24,000 bases of DNA, taken from positions 722,282 through 746,281 of the forward strand of contig NZ_JBCAUS010000002.1 of assembly GCF_038432375.1 (NCBI RefSeq). The letters run 5' to 3'. This document shows, in pieces, positions 23,549-24,000 of the stretch (positions are counted from its first letter, which is position 1; every line of letters starts with the position of its first letter). The notes under the pieces are model-generated. The model saw only the letters and a program-made list of their open reading frames with translations. It was not told the origin of the DNA and made no database searches. Position numbers and translations under genes: made by a program. This stretch comes from Methanococcoides cohabitans (lineage in GTDB: Archaea > Halobacteriota > Methanosarcinia > Methanosarcinales > Methanosarcinaceae).

Positions 23549-24000
23549 TTATTCCTCATCAATAAGGTCAGCAAGCTCGACACAGATATTCTCGATCTCT
23601 TCACGGATGCTGTCCACAGAAACTCCCAGAAGACCTGCGAGATAAAGTGCACCGCCTGCACCAACACCTTCCTTGACATATCCAAGCTCATACTGCCTGA
23701 GGCCTTTGTGTGAAGAGCGTCCGAATCCGGGATCAACAGCATGCATGTCTGCACCAAGTGCTTCAATGATCTCTGTGAAATTAGCGCTTTCGTCCTCTGC
23801 AACATAACTGGTGGTCACAATGGAAACATTGCTGAGGTCAGTACCCATGTGCTTCATGAAAGCATAGACAGCTGCCATCTGAGTACCACCTGCAAGGATT
23901 ATACGCTTGCCCTTTAGACCCTCCACAAGACCTGCAGTTGCAGGCATCATAGGATCGCCAAGACAGGCAACCGCCCGTACAGGATCTGACTCCATGCTCC
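23549..24000 (-). CDS. CobT-like / UPF0284 family protein (nicotinate-nucleotide-dimethylbenzimidazole phosphoribosyltransferase-like), C-terminal part; gene continues past the window edge
   Basis: The open frame runs to the window end. ...CLGDPMMPATAGLVEGL...IILAGGTQMAAV...GVGAGGALYLAGLLG resembles the archaeal CobT-like family. The function call is from memory of the family pattern only. Confidence 0.6.
   Translation of the reverse strand, partial: SMESDPVRAVACLGDPMMPATAGLVEGLKGKRIILAGGTQMAAVYAFMKHMGTDLSNVSIVTTSYVAEDESANFTEIIEALGADMHAVDPGFGRSSHKGLRQYELGYVKEGVGAGGALYLAGLLGVSVDSIREEIENICVELADLIDEE

Overview
This window reads as core chromosome of a methanogenic archaeon, probably Methanosarcinales. 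The evidence is a proteasome alpha subunit that, from memory, closely resembles the Methanosarcina one, methanogenesis marker proteins 9 and 12, and archaeal ribosomal and exosome genes. Many proteins are acidic, which hints at a halophilic lineage. This placement is inference only. I count 32 CDS, 30 of them on the minus strand, tightly packed and often translationally coupled. From left to right: (1) the conserved rpl7ae-rps28e-rpl24e-ndk operon; (2) an orphan secreted protein, an 839-aa PAS/GAF sensor with no output domain, and a TPR protein; (3) a four-gene overlapping operon of marker protein 9, a CitG-like protein, DUF447 and a GuaD-type deaminase; (4) a nitrilase-family gene; (5) marker protein 12 with a small partner; (6) an ACT protein plus a PaaK-type ligase; (7) a DHH phosphoesterase; (8) the complete archaeal exosome/proteasome/RNase P superoperon, running rpl15e, DUF54, rnp3, rnp2, psmA, SBDS, rrp4, rrp41, rrp42, rpl37ae, rpoP, Brix, pcc1, pfdB; (9) an intron-containing tRNA-Trp whose intron encodes a box C/D guide RNA; (10) a (CGAT)2(CAAT)12 microsatellite; (11) the 3' part of a CobT-like gene. 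I found no mobile elements, CRISPR arrays, defence islands or pseudogenes. I see no convincing novel system in the accessory-island sense. The least understood content is the two operons built around methanogenesis marker proteins 9 and 12. The most striking sequence-level signals are the self-targeting tRNA-Trp intron, the microsatellite, and a roughly 100-aa poly-acidic tail on Rrp41.
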